From positions 3,286-67,285 of the forward strand of contig JAFGWC010000123.1 in the NCBI GenBank assembly GCA_016937695.1: a stretch of 64,000 nucleotides of DNA. The letters are read 5' to 3'. The notes beneath the pieces are model-generated. The model had not been told where the DNA came from. It did not search any database and saw only the letters and a program-made list of their open reading frames with translations. Position 1 is the stretch's first letter. Each line of letters starts with the position of its first letter. Below, in pieces: positions 50,107 to 57,807 of the stretch. A program made the position numbers and the translations under genes. Origin of the DNA: Bacteroidales bacterium. GTDB taxonomy: Bacteria > Bacteroidota > Bacteroidia > Bacteroidales > NBLH01.

Positions 50107-50154
50107 TTGACTGAACGGTTGGTCAAAATTAATAAATATTATTTAAATTCCAAA
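50107..50154 (-). promoter_or_regulatory. Consensus Bacteroidota promoter overlapping an imperfect palindrome (candidate TetR operator)
   Basis: On the minus strand: TTTG (50151-50154), 19 nt, then TAATTTTG (50124-50131). This overlaps TTGACCAACCGTTCAGTCAA (50107-50126), which has perfect TTGAC/GTCAA outer arms, 8-27 nt upstream of the ATG. Confidence 0.45.
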
Positions 50155-50363
50155 TTTTCATTTACTTATTTTAAAATAATATTTTCAATTAAGTTATGCC
50201 CATATTATAGTATAAATTTTTATTTAAAGAGTTAATTATTAGAAATGTATAATACTGAGTTAAATATTTTTATAATTTAGCATAATCTTTTAAGTTCAAA
50301 ATAAAACAAATAATAAATTTGGCCGTTTTTTTGTAAAGATTAATTAAATAATTATTTTTTGTA

Positions 50364-51074
50364 ATGAATTTATATAATGTGAAATCCTTAATATTTGCTT
50401 TAATCTTAATTTCAATTTCGATAATTAGTTATAGCCAACCAATTATTGGTATTCATGCAGGTCTAAACGCCGCTGCATTAAATGGAGACAAAACATTTGA
50501 TGAAAATAAACTCAGACTTGGAATAAATGCATATGCATTTATAGATATCCCATTTAATTATATTGTTTCACTAGAAACAGGAATAGAATATGCAAACAAA
50601 GGAATGCATTTTGAAAGCGTGATACCAGCTCTCGGCTCAACAAATACGATAAAAGTAAAATATCATCTTGATTATGTTGTTCTTCCTGTATATATAAAAG
50701 AAAATTTTACTAATTTCTACACTAAAATAGGTCCATATGCTGCGTATTTAATAAACTCTAAATCGTCTTGGGAAAATACTCAAGAAAAAGGTGGAATATA
50801 TACAGTTACAACTGGCGTGGACGAAACTTTCCAAGACGACTTAAGATTTTTTGATGGCGGTATCTCCATTGGACTTGGATATATTCATTATTTAGAAAAA
50901 AAGTACAGAAAAAGAGCCGGTCGCTCTAGAAGAAGAAAATCAGCTATAATGCAATTTGATCTTAAATACGATATTGGATTTTTTAATTTAGATGCAACTG
51001 GAAGAAATGATGATTTTAAGCTCAAAAATAGAGTTTTTACCATCGGAATTAGTTTTACATCTGTTTTAGACTAA
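50364..51074 (+). CDS. Outer-membrane beta-barrel protein (PorT/OMP_b-brl_2-like)
   Basis: Signal peptide, then 'IIGIHAGLNAAALNG', typical of this family. Contains a basic insertion 'KKYRKRAGRSRRRKS'. Confidence 0.65.
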   Translation: MNLYNVKSLIFALILISISIISYSQPIIGIHAGLNAAALNGDKTFDENKLRLGINAYAFIDIPFNYIVSLETGIEYANKGMHFESVIPALGSTNTIKVKYHLDYVVLPVYIKENFTNFYTKIGPYAAYLINSKSSWENTQEKGGIYTVTTGVDETFQDDLRFFDGGISIGLGYIHYLEKKYRKRAGRSRRRKSAIMQFDLKYDIGFFNLDATGRNDDFKLKNRVFTIGISFTSVLD

Positions 51075-51091
51075 AAATATTATCCACCAAA

Positions 51092-51754
51092 ATGAAATTT
51101 ATCAAATTTATATTAATTTTATTAACATTCTACTATTTTCAACAAAATCTGAAGGCTCAAAACAGGTTTGGAATATTAGGTGGTTTAAGTATTAGCAATT
51201 ATACAGGAAAAGATTTTCCTAAAACATATTTGCCTAAAATTGGTATTGCTGCCGGTTTTTTTATTGAAGGCGAAATCACAAATCCATTTTCAATTGTTGC
51301 AGAACTAAATTTTGAACAAAAAGGAGTAAAATATTGGTATCAACCATTACCGCTTACTGAAGTTACAATAAACAGCAATCTTGATTATTTTTCTATTCCA
51401 ATATATGTTAAAGCCGCATTTGGCAGAAAACTTGGATATTATGCTTATGCAGGTACTGTTATTTCTTATTTAATTTCAAATAGTTATAGTGCATATTCAA
51501 CAGAAAATGACAGAGAAGTTTCTTGGGAACCTTACTTTAATTATGGGTTCAATAAATTTGATGCTGGTTTAGCAATTGGCTTTGGAATGGTATTTAAAGA
51601 AATTTTTCTTGATTTAAGATACGTACACGGTATAAAAAATATTTATTCTGGAGAAAACATACCTGATATCAGAAACCAAATGATATCTTTTAAAGCAGGC
51701 TTTAGCATTTACAAACGAAAATTATCTAACTGCTACCAAACTAGAAGAAGATAA
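51092..51754 (+). CDS. Outer-membrane beta-barrel protein (PorT/OMP_b-brl_2-like), paralog
   Basis: Signal peptide '...NLKAQ', then 'RFGILGGLSISNYTG'. A basic tail 'KRKLSNCYQTRRR' follows the last predicted strand. Confidence 0.65.
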   Translation: MKFIKFILILLTFYYFQQNLKAQNRFGILGGLSISNYTGKDFPKTYLPKIGIAAGFFIEGEITNPFSIVAELNFEQKGVKYWYQPLPLTEVTINSNLDYFSIPIYVKAAFGRKLGYYAYAGTVISYLISNSYSAYSTENDREVSWEPYFNYGFNKFDAGLAIGFGMVFKEIFLDLRYVHGIKNIYSGENIPDIRNQMISFKAGFSIYKRKLSNCYQTRRR

Positions 51755-51782
51755 TAAAGTAAATTTTCTATAAATATTTACA

Positions 51783-52706
51783 CTAACTATCTTTTTTTTC
51801 AAACCAAATATTTTTTATCCTATTTCCATATTGTTCTATTGGTAATTTTTTAATTACAGGATTAAATGCTTTTGATCCAACTATTATTTTTTCTGCAATT
51901 TTCAATTGTCCGGCTTCTTTTTCTGTTGCTACAACCTTTATAATATTATTTCCAACTAAAACATCAACAATATAAATACTATCAGCCTTTTTTATTTTTA
52001 ATATTTCACCAATAAATTGAAATTTTGCGCTAAAACTTTCGTGTGTAAAAACATGTTCAGGACTACCGGAATTAACTACAACGCCTTTATCAATTATGTA
52101 AACTTTTTTTGATAATTTAAATATTTCAGCTAAATCATGGCTTACTAAAATTATAGTTACGCCATACTTATTATTGATTTTAATTATCTCATCCTGAAGC
52201 TCTTGTCGCATTTCGTGATCCAAAGAAGCTAATGGCTCATCGAGTAATAACAAATCCGGTTTTGTTACTAAAGCCCGCGCTAAAGCCACTCTTTGCTTTT
52301 GGCCTCCTGATAAAGTATCTGGTTTTCTATTTTCGAGATTTTTTAAGTTTGTTAATTTCAATAATTCTGCTACATCTTTTTCGTCTTTATTAGCAAATAA
52401 CAAATTTTCCTGAACAGACATATTAGGAAAAAGGGCATAATCCTGAAAAACAAATCCTGTTTTTCTTTTCTGAGCATTCAAATTTGTCTTTTCATCAGAA
52501 TTATACCACACTTTGCTATCAATAACAATTTTTCCATTTTCAGGTTCTGTTAATCCGGCAATAATTCTTAACAATGTGGTTTTTCCTGCACCAGACTTAC
52601 CAAAGAGCGTTATTATTTCACCTTTATTTGCCGATATTTCCACATCTAAATCAATTATACCATCAACCGTATGAAGAGTTTTTTTTATCGATAAATCAAA
52701 ATACAT
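51783..52706 (-). CDS. ABC transporter ATP-binding protein with C-terminal TOBE/Mop-like domain (ModC/CysA-like), no adjacent permease
   Basis: Walker A 'GKSGAGKTT', 'LSGGQKQRVALARAL', 'LLLDEPLASLD' and a ~80-aa C-terminal beta-rich extension. Confidence 0.8.
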   Translation of the reverse strand: MYFDLSIKKTLHTVDGIIDLDVEISANKGEIITLFGKSGAGKTTLLRIIAGLTEPENGKIVIDSKVWYNSDEKTNLNAQKRKTGFVFQDYALFPNMSVQENLLFANKDEKDVAELLKLTNLKNLENRKPDTLSGGQKQRVALARALVTKPDLLLLDEPLASLDHEMRQELQDEIIKINNKYGVTIILVSHDLAEIFKLSKKVYIIDKGVVVNSGSPEHVFTHESFSAKFQFIGEILKIKKADSIYIVDVLVGNNIIKVVATEKEAGQLKIAEKIIVGSKAFNPVIKKLPIEQYGNRIKNIWFEKKDS

Positions 52707-52740
52707 AAGTAATTATAATTTGTGTGTACAAAACAATAAT

Positions 52741-52765
52741 GCTTTACAGAATAAATCTGTAAAGC
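52741..52765 (-). terminator. Hairpin downstream of tRNA-Ala
   Basis: gctttacag-aataaat-ctgtaaagc (9-bp perfect stem), 15 nt past the tRNA 3' end on the minus strand. Confidence 0.5.
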
Positions 52766-52779
52766 ATTATAAATCAGTG

Positions 52780-52853
52780 TGGAGAATAGCGGAATCGAAC
52801 CGCTGACCTTTTGACTGCCAGTCAAACGCTCTAGCCAACTGAGCTAATCCCCC
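52780..52853 (-). tRNA. tRNA-Ala (anticodon GGC)
   Basis: Hand-folded 74-nt cloverleaf: GGGGGAT-TA-GCTC-AGTTGGCTA-GAGC-G-TTTGA-CTGGCAG-TCAAA-AGGTC-AGCGG-TTCGATT-CCGCT-ATTCTCC-A. The G3:U70 alanine identity pair is present. CCA is not encoded. Confidence 0.92.
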
Positions 52854-53051
52854 ATTATTATTCAATCTTTAATTTTTTAAATTTAAGATTTGCAAATATA
52901 ATATTTTCTTAAAATATATAATCAAATTATTATGGAAATCAAAAAATAAATACATCTTTAATAAAAACTTCAAATTAATTTCATTCGTAATATTCTTATT
53001 TACAAACATTTAATACACAAATAAAAACAAACAACTTACTTTTACGTTACT

Positions 53052-53097
53052 TAACTGAAAAATAAGTTGTTAAACTGGAAAATAAGTTATATATTTG
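53052..53097 (+). promoter_or_regulatory. Two phased direct repeats (candidate BlaI operator) overlapping a -7 box
   Basis: AACTGAAAAATAAGTT (53053-53068) and AACTGGAAAATAAGTT (53073-53088), 15 of 16 identical and exactly 20 bp apart. TATATTTG (53090-53097) matches TAnnTTTG and ends 4 nt before the blaI ATG. Confidence 0.4.
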
Positions 53098-53101
53098 TTG
53101 C

Positions 53102-53479
53102 ATGGAAACATTAACAAAAAAAGAAGAAGAAATAATGCAAATTCTCTGGCAAATTAAAGAAGGATTTGTGAATGATATTATTAAGGAAATGGAAGAAGAA
53201 AAACCTCCATATAACACAATATCATCAATAGTTAGAATACTTGAAAAAAAGGGATTCGTTGATTTTAAATCTTTTGGAAAATCACACATGTATTTCCCAA
53301 TAATTTCAAAAGCGGCATATAAAAAACATGCTCTAAAGAAATTAATTTCAGGATATTTCGATGGCTCTTATGAAAAAGTTGTTTCATTTATCGCCAATGA
53401 AGAAGTAATTAATGATGAGGAAATGGAAGAAATTATAAAATTGAAGAAAATTATTGAAAATAAAAATAATGATAAATAA
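53102..53479 (+). CDS. BlaI/MecI/CopY-family transcriptional repressor
   Basis: 'LTKKEEEIMQILW' (cf. MecI 'SSAEWEVMNIIW'), 'YNTISSIVRILEKKGFV' winged helix, 125 aa. It overlaps the downstream M56 gene by 11 nt. Confidence 0.85.
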   Translation: METLTKKEEEIMQILWQIKEGFVNDIIKEMEEEKPPYNTISSIVRILEKKGFVDFKSFGKSHMYFPIISKAAYKKHALKKLISGYFDGSYEKVVSFIANEEVINDEEMEEIIKLKKIIENKNNDK

Positions 53480-54845
53480 TTATTTGACATATTTAATCGA
53501 ATCTGCAATCTGTTTTGCCTTATTATACGCATTTTACAAATATGTGTTTTATAAGTCAACACATTTTGAATGGAATAGATTTTATTTAGTGTCAATTGTA
53601 TTTATAAGCATTATAATTCCAATTATTCCTTTTCCTTCAGACATTATTTTATTTAATATTAATGATAAACCAATTCAATTTTTAAATCCGCTTGACGGAA
53701 CTGCTTTGGTAGTTATTACAAACTCTAAAACACATTTTTGGGAAACATTTAGTTTTTTTAATAAAAACAATATAATCAGCTTAAACAATATCTTGCTAAT
53801 CATCTATTTATCAGGACTTTTAAGGTTTGCAATTGTAAATTTTAAAAATAATTTAGAAGTTATTTTATTAATTAAAAATTCAGATATTATTAAAGAAAAA
53901 AGATATAAAATTGTTAAAACAAATAGCAAACAAACAGCTTTTACATGGTTTAGATATATTTTCCTTAACCCTAAATATTATAGTTTACCACAAACAGAAC
54001 AAATACAAATATTTGAACATGAAAAAATTCATGCTAAACAATTGCATTCTATTGACATTTTAATTTTTCAAGCTCTGGAAATAGTTTTTTGGTTTAATCC
54101 TTTTATAAATAAAGCAAAACATACGATAAAAGAAATCCATGAATTTATTGTAGATTTTAAAATCTCTAAAAAAAATAATATTAACGATTATTCTGATTTA
54201 ATTGTAAAATTATCATTTAATAAATTTTCGATGCAAGCTGCAAATCTATTTTCAAAGTTTCCAATAAAAGACAGGCTTCAGCTCCTTGCATTTCCTTTAC
54301 CAAAAAAACTAAAAAAGATTTCATTTCTTGGTGGAATTCCAGTTATGATTTTAATTATTATTAGTTATAGTTTTACAATTAATCAAATTAATAAATCAAC
54401 AAACAAGTTACAATTTTTTAAAAATATTGATTTCCAATTACCAGTAAAAGATAACTTTGAGATTATTAGTAATTTTTATGTTAACCAAGAATTTGAAAAA
54501 AAATCAAATAAAAATAGAAACACAAAAATTTTAATTTCTCATCCCGAAATTAGTTTTTCAACAGAAAGTTTTACAGATATTTATGCAACAAGTAATGGTA
54601 TAATAACTAACATAGACACATTTGATAATTGGGGAGTTGAAGAACTAATAATTACTTTAAAACACAATACTGAATTAACAAGTATTTATAAGGGACTTTG
54701 GAAAATAAATTATAAAGAAAATGAAATAATAAAAAAGAACAAAAAAATCGGGAAAACGGGCGACAAAAGACTTTATCCGATTTTTAATTATCAATTACTA
54801 AAAAATAGTCAACCGGTTGATCCATTTATATATATCACTTATTAG
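53469..54845 (+). CDS. BlaR1-like M56 metallopeptidase sensor with C-terminal degenerate M23/LytM-like domain
   Basis: Multi-TM N-terminus and zinc motif 'FEHEKIHAKQLH' (HExxH). The C-terminal ~130 aa resemble a LytM fold with active-site positions replaced ('ISHPEISF', 'IYKGL', 'YPIFNYQL...PVDPF'). Start chosen at 53469. Confidence 0.75.
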   Translation: MINNYLTYLIESAICFALLYAFYKYVFYKSTHFEWNRFYLVSIVFISIIIPIIPFPSDIILFNINDKPIQFLNPLDGTALVVITNSKTHFWETFSFFNKNNIISLNNILLIIYLSGLLRFAIVNFKNNLEVILLIKNSDIIKEKRYKIVKTNSKQTAFTWFRYIFLNPKYYSLPQTEQIQIFEHEKIHAKQLHSIDILIFQALEIVFWFNPFINKAKHTIKEIHEFIVDFKISKKNNINDYSDLIVKLSFNKFSMQAANLFSKFPIKDRLQLLAFPLPKKLKKISFLGGIPVMILIIISYSFTINQINKSTNKLQFFKNIDFQLPVKDNFEIISNFYVNQEFEKKSNKNRNTKILISHPEISFSTESFTDIYATSNGIITNIDTFDNWGVEELIITLKHNTELTSIYKGLWKINYKENEIIKKNKKIGKTGDKRLYPIFNYQLLKNSQPVDPFIYITY

Positions 54846-54869
54846 TTTCACATGTTAAAAGGACAAGCT

Positions 54870-55538
54870 ATGAAAAACAAGAAAAACGAAAAAGTTGATT
54901 TAGATAAAAAAAGAGGCCTTTTTTTACAAATTGGGTTTATTATAGCATTTTCATTGATGTTATATGCATTTGAATGGGCAACACCTCATTTAACATATAA
55001 TAAATCAGATAATATCGCTGGAATTAACATTGAAACTGATGTAATTACAATAACAAGACAAGTGGAAATTAAACCGCCAGCACCAAAACATTTTAGTCAA
55101 ATAAAACTGATTCCGGACGATAAAAAAGAAGTTAAACAAATAGAAATTCCAACTTTTGAAGTTGAGCCGGATGACAATATTTATTCAGATTTTGATTCGC
55201 CTGATGAAATCGAAAGCGATCCGATAATTGTTGATTTTGCAGAACAAATGCCTGAATTTCCAGGTGGAATAATAGGGTTAAAACATTTTATTGCAAAAAA
55301 CATAAAATATCCAACACAAGCAATTGAAGAAGATATTCAAGGTAAAGTTTATATCAGATTTGTTGTAAATACAAAAGGAGAAACAAAACAAGTATCGGTA
55401 ATTCGAAGCGTTGATCCAATTTTAGACAAAGAAGCTTTAAGAGTTGTTAAGTCGTTTCCTAATTGGAAACCGGCAAAGCAAAGCGGCAAAGCAGTTAATG
55501 TTTGGTATACAATACCAATAGTTTTTAAAATTAATTAA
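54870..55538 (+). CDS. TonB-family energy transducer (paralog 1)
   Basis: Start set at the Met7 ATG by alignment with paralog 2. N-terminal TM 'LFLQIGFIIAFSLMLYAF' and C-terminal TonB domain 'MPEFPGG...GKVYIRFVVNTKGE...WKPAKQSGKAVNVWYTIPIVF'. Confidence 0.8.
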   Translation: MKNKKNEKVDLDKKRGLFLQIGFIIAFSLMLYAFEWATPHLTYNKSDNIAGINIETDVITITRQVEIKPPAPKHFSQIKLIPDDKKEVKQIEIPTFEVEPDDNIYSDFDSPDEIESDPIIVDFAEQMPEFPGGIIGLKHFIAKNIKYPTQAIEEDIQGKVYIRFVVNTKGETKQVSVIRSVDPILDKEALRVVKSFPNWKPAKQSGKAVNVWYTIPIVFKIN

Positions 55539-55647
55539 AAAATTTTATTTTTTGGATGAAAAATGTATCTTTATGCCCTCTATTATCAAAAGCGCATAAA
55601 AACAGATTTCATTAAACAGTAAATGTAAATCTTAAACTTATAAAAAA

Positions 55648-56328
55648 ATGGAATTAAAAAAGAACTCAAAAGCAGATCTTGAAAAATGGAAAAGCATATT
55701 TTTCCAAGCAGGTCTGGTAATTTCGCTTGGAGCTATTCTTGTAGCTTTTAACGTTACTGCACATAAAGGAAATGTTGACGATCTTGGTCAAAGAGACAAT
55801 GTTCAATTTGAAGAAGAAGATATTCCCGTTACAAGACAGGAAGAGCCACCTCCAACTACTCCTCCTCCACCTCAACAAGTTGTAGAAGTTTTAAACATTG
55901 TTGATGACAAAACAATAGTTGAAGAAGAATTTGAGATGGATGATACTGATGTTGATGAAAACACTCAAATTGAATTTGTTGAAATAAAAGAAGAAGAAGA
56001 AGAAGAAGAAGCTCAAATTTTCTTTATTGTAGAAAAAATGCCTGAATTTCCGGGTGGTGAATTAGGCCTAAGAAAATACATTTCAACTCATGTTAATTAT
56101 CCTAACATTGCAAGAGAAAATGGTATTGAAGGAAGAATTTATGTTAGATTTTGTGTTACATCCACGGGAAATGTAGAAAAAGTATCAATTGCCAGAGGTG
56201 TAGATCCAATTCTTGACAAAGAAGCTCTTAGAGTTGTTAAAGAACTGCCTAAATGGAAAGCCGGAGAACAAAGAGGTAAAAAAGTAAATGTTTGGTATAC
56301 TGTACCAATTAATTTCCAATTACAATAG
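55648..56328 (+). CDS. TonB-family energy transducer (paralog 2) with Pro-rich and poly-Glu linker
   Basis: TM 'IFFQAGLVISLGAILVAF', 'EEPPPTTPPPPQQ', 'KEEEEEEEA' and a TonB C-terminal domain 'MPEFPGG...GRIYVRFCVTSTGN...WKAGEQRGKKVNVWYTVPINF'. Confidence 0.85.
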   Translation: MELKKNSKADLEKWKSIFFQAGLVISLGAILVAFNVTAHKGNVDDLGQRDNVQFEEEDIPVTRQEEPPPTTPPPPQQVVEVLNIVDDKTIVEEEFEMDDTDVDENTQIEFVEIKEEEEEEEAQIFFIVEKMPEFPGGELGLRKYISTHVNYPNIARENGIEGRIYVRFCVTSTGNVEKVSIARGVDPILDKEALRVVKELPKWKAGEQRGKKVNVWYTVPINFQLQ

Positions 56329-56350
56329 TAAAAATTTAAATTTTAATATG

Positions 56351-56381
56351 AAAAAGTCCTGAATATTCAGGACTTTTTTTA
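56351..56381 (+). terminator. Rho-independent terminator after TonB paralog 2
   Basis: aaaaagtcctgaatattcaggacttttttt: a palindromic stem followed by a T7 run. Confidence 0.7.
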
Positions 56382-56418
56382 TTTTTACCAAAATAGCATA
56401 TAAATTAAAATAAATATT

Positions 56419-57582
56419 ATGAAAAATACAATCTTTTTTATGGTTATAGCCATATTGTTTTCTTTTTCTTGTAATTCTGCAAAAAAAGCATTAGAAAAAG
56501 GAAATTATAACGATGCTTTTTACAAATCAGTAAAAAAACTGCAAAAAAAGCCAAACGATCAGGAACAAGCTGAAATTTTTACAATTTCTTATCAAAAAGC
56601 TAATCAACAAGATCTTGACAAAATTAATTTATTGCAAGTTTCAAATGAAAAAGATATTTGGGAAGAGATTTATAAATCATACACAAACTTAGATAACAGA
56701 CAAAAAACAGCTGAAACTGTTTTACCTTTAAGAGTTGTTGGCAAAACAACTAATTTCCAACATATTGATTACAGCTCAAAAATAGTTAATGCAAAAAAAA
56801 ATGCAGCGGAATATTTTTACAGAAAAGGTTTAGAGCTTCTTATGGGCGACAAACTTTCTGTACGAAATGCATACAATCACTTTGTAAAAGCTAAAACCTA
56901 TTCAAATAATTATAGCGATATTGACCAATTAATGAATCAGGCTCTTGAAAAAGGAACTACTCATGTAATAATTACTCCTTTAAATAAATCTGAAATAAAT
57001 GTTGCTCCTGAATATTTATTCAACTTAGTTGATTTTGGAATGCAAGATTTAGATCAAAATTGGGTTAAATATTACAATAATCCACAAAAACCTTCGTATG
57101 ATTACAATATAGTTGTAAGTATAGTTAATATTTATATTAGCCCGGATCAACTAAAAGAAACCAAAGAAGAAATAAAAAAAGATGTTGAAGATGGTTGGTT
57201 ATATGAATTTGACGATAAAGGAAATGTAAAAAAAGACTCTTTAGGAAATGATATTAAACACAAAAAATACAAAACAATCAGCTGTAATCTTATCAGCAAA
57301 ACACAAAGAAAAAATTCAAATATTGAAGTTACAGTTGAATATCAGGACAATAAAACAAAAAGAATTATTGAAACTACACCTTTAAGTGCATCATATGAAT
57401 TTCAACATATTTCTGCCTTTGCAAATGGCGATTTAAATGCTTTAGATGAAAAAACTAGAAAAATAATTGGGCAAGGAATAATAAGTTTCCCAACAACAGA
57501 TGTTATGCTTAAAAACCTAACAGATAATTTAAAACAAAAAATTAAAACTGATATAAAAAACAATAATTATAGAATTAAATAA
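56419..57582 (+). CDS. Hypothetical lipoprotein (387 aa)
   Basis: Lipobox 'LFSFSC'. K/N/E-rich. No family recognised. Confidence 0.65.
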   Translation: MKNTIFFMVIAILFSFSCNSAKKALEKGNYNDAFYKSVKKLQKKPNDQEQAEIFTISYQKANQQDLDKINLLQVSNEKDIWEEIYKSYTNLDNRQKTAETVLPLRVVGKTTNFQHIDYSSKIVNAKKNAAEYFYRKGLELLMGDKLSVRNAYNHFVKAKTYSNNYSDIDQLMNQALEKGTTHVIITPLNKSEINVAPEYLFNLVDFGMQDLDQNWVKYYNNPQKPSYDYNIVVSIVNIYISPDQLKETKEEIKKDVEDGWLYEFDDKGNVKKDSLGNDIKHKKYKTISCNLISKTQRKNSNIEVTVEYQDNKTKRIIETTPLSASYEFQHISAFANGDLNALDEKTRKIIGQGIISFPTTDVMLKNLTDNLKQKIKTDIKNNNYRIK

Positions 57583-57807
57583 TTGATATTTAAACAAAAT
57601 ATTAATTCCGATTTCTAAAGTCTTCAATTATCATTCTAAATGAGTTTGCTTTTTAATTAACTTTTATAGAATCACTATTGAAGACTTTTCTTCTTAAAGC
57701 AAAATCAAAAAATTAAACCCTTATAAAAAACATTTTGCTTTAGCTTAAAACATTAAGCTCTATTATTCGCAAATTATTATTAATTTTGGTGCTTTAAAAA
57801 ATAATGA

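Noticed and set aside
52780-52853. tRNA-Ala as a genomic-island integration site
   Set aside because: There is no integrase, no mobility genes, and no direct repeat of the tRNA 3' end that I could find in the window.
55990-56010. (GAA)7 trinucleotide repeat in TonB paralog 2
   Set aside because: It is in-frame, so slippage would only lengthen or shorten an acidic linker. It is noted under the TonB finding but is not a switch.
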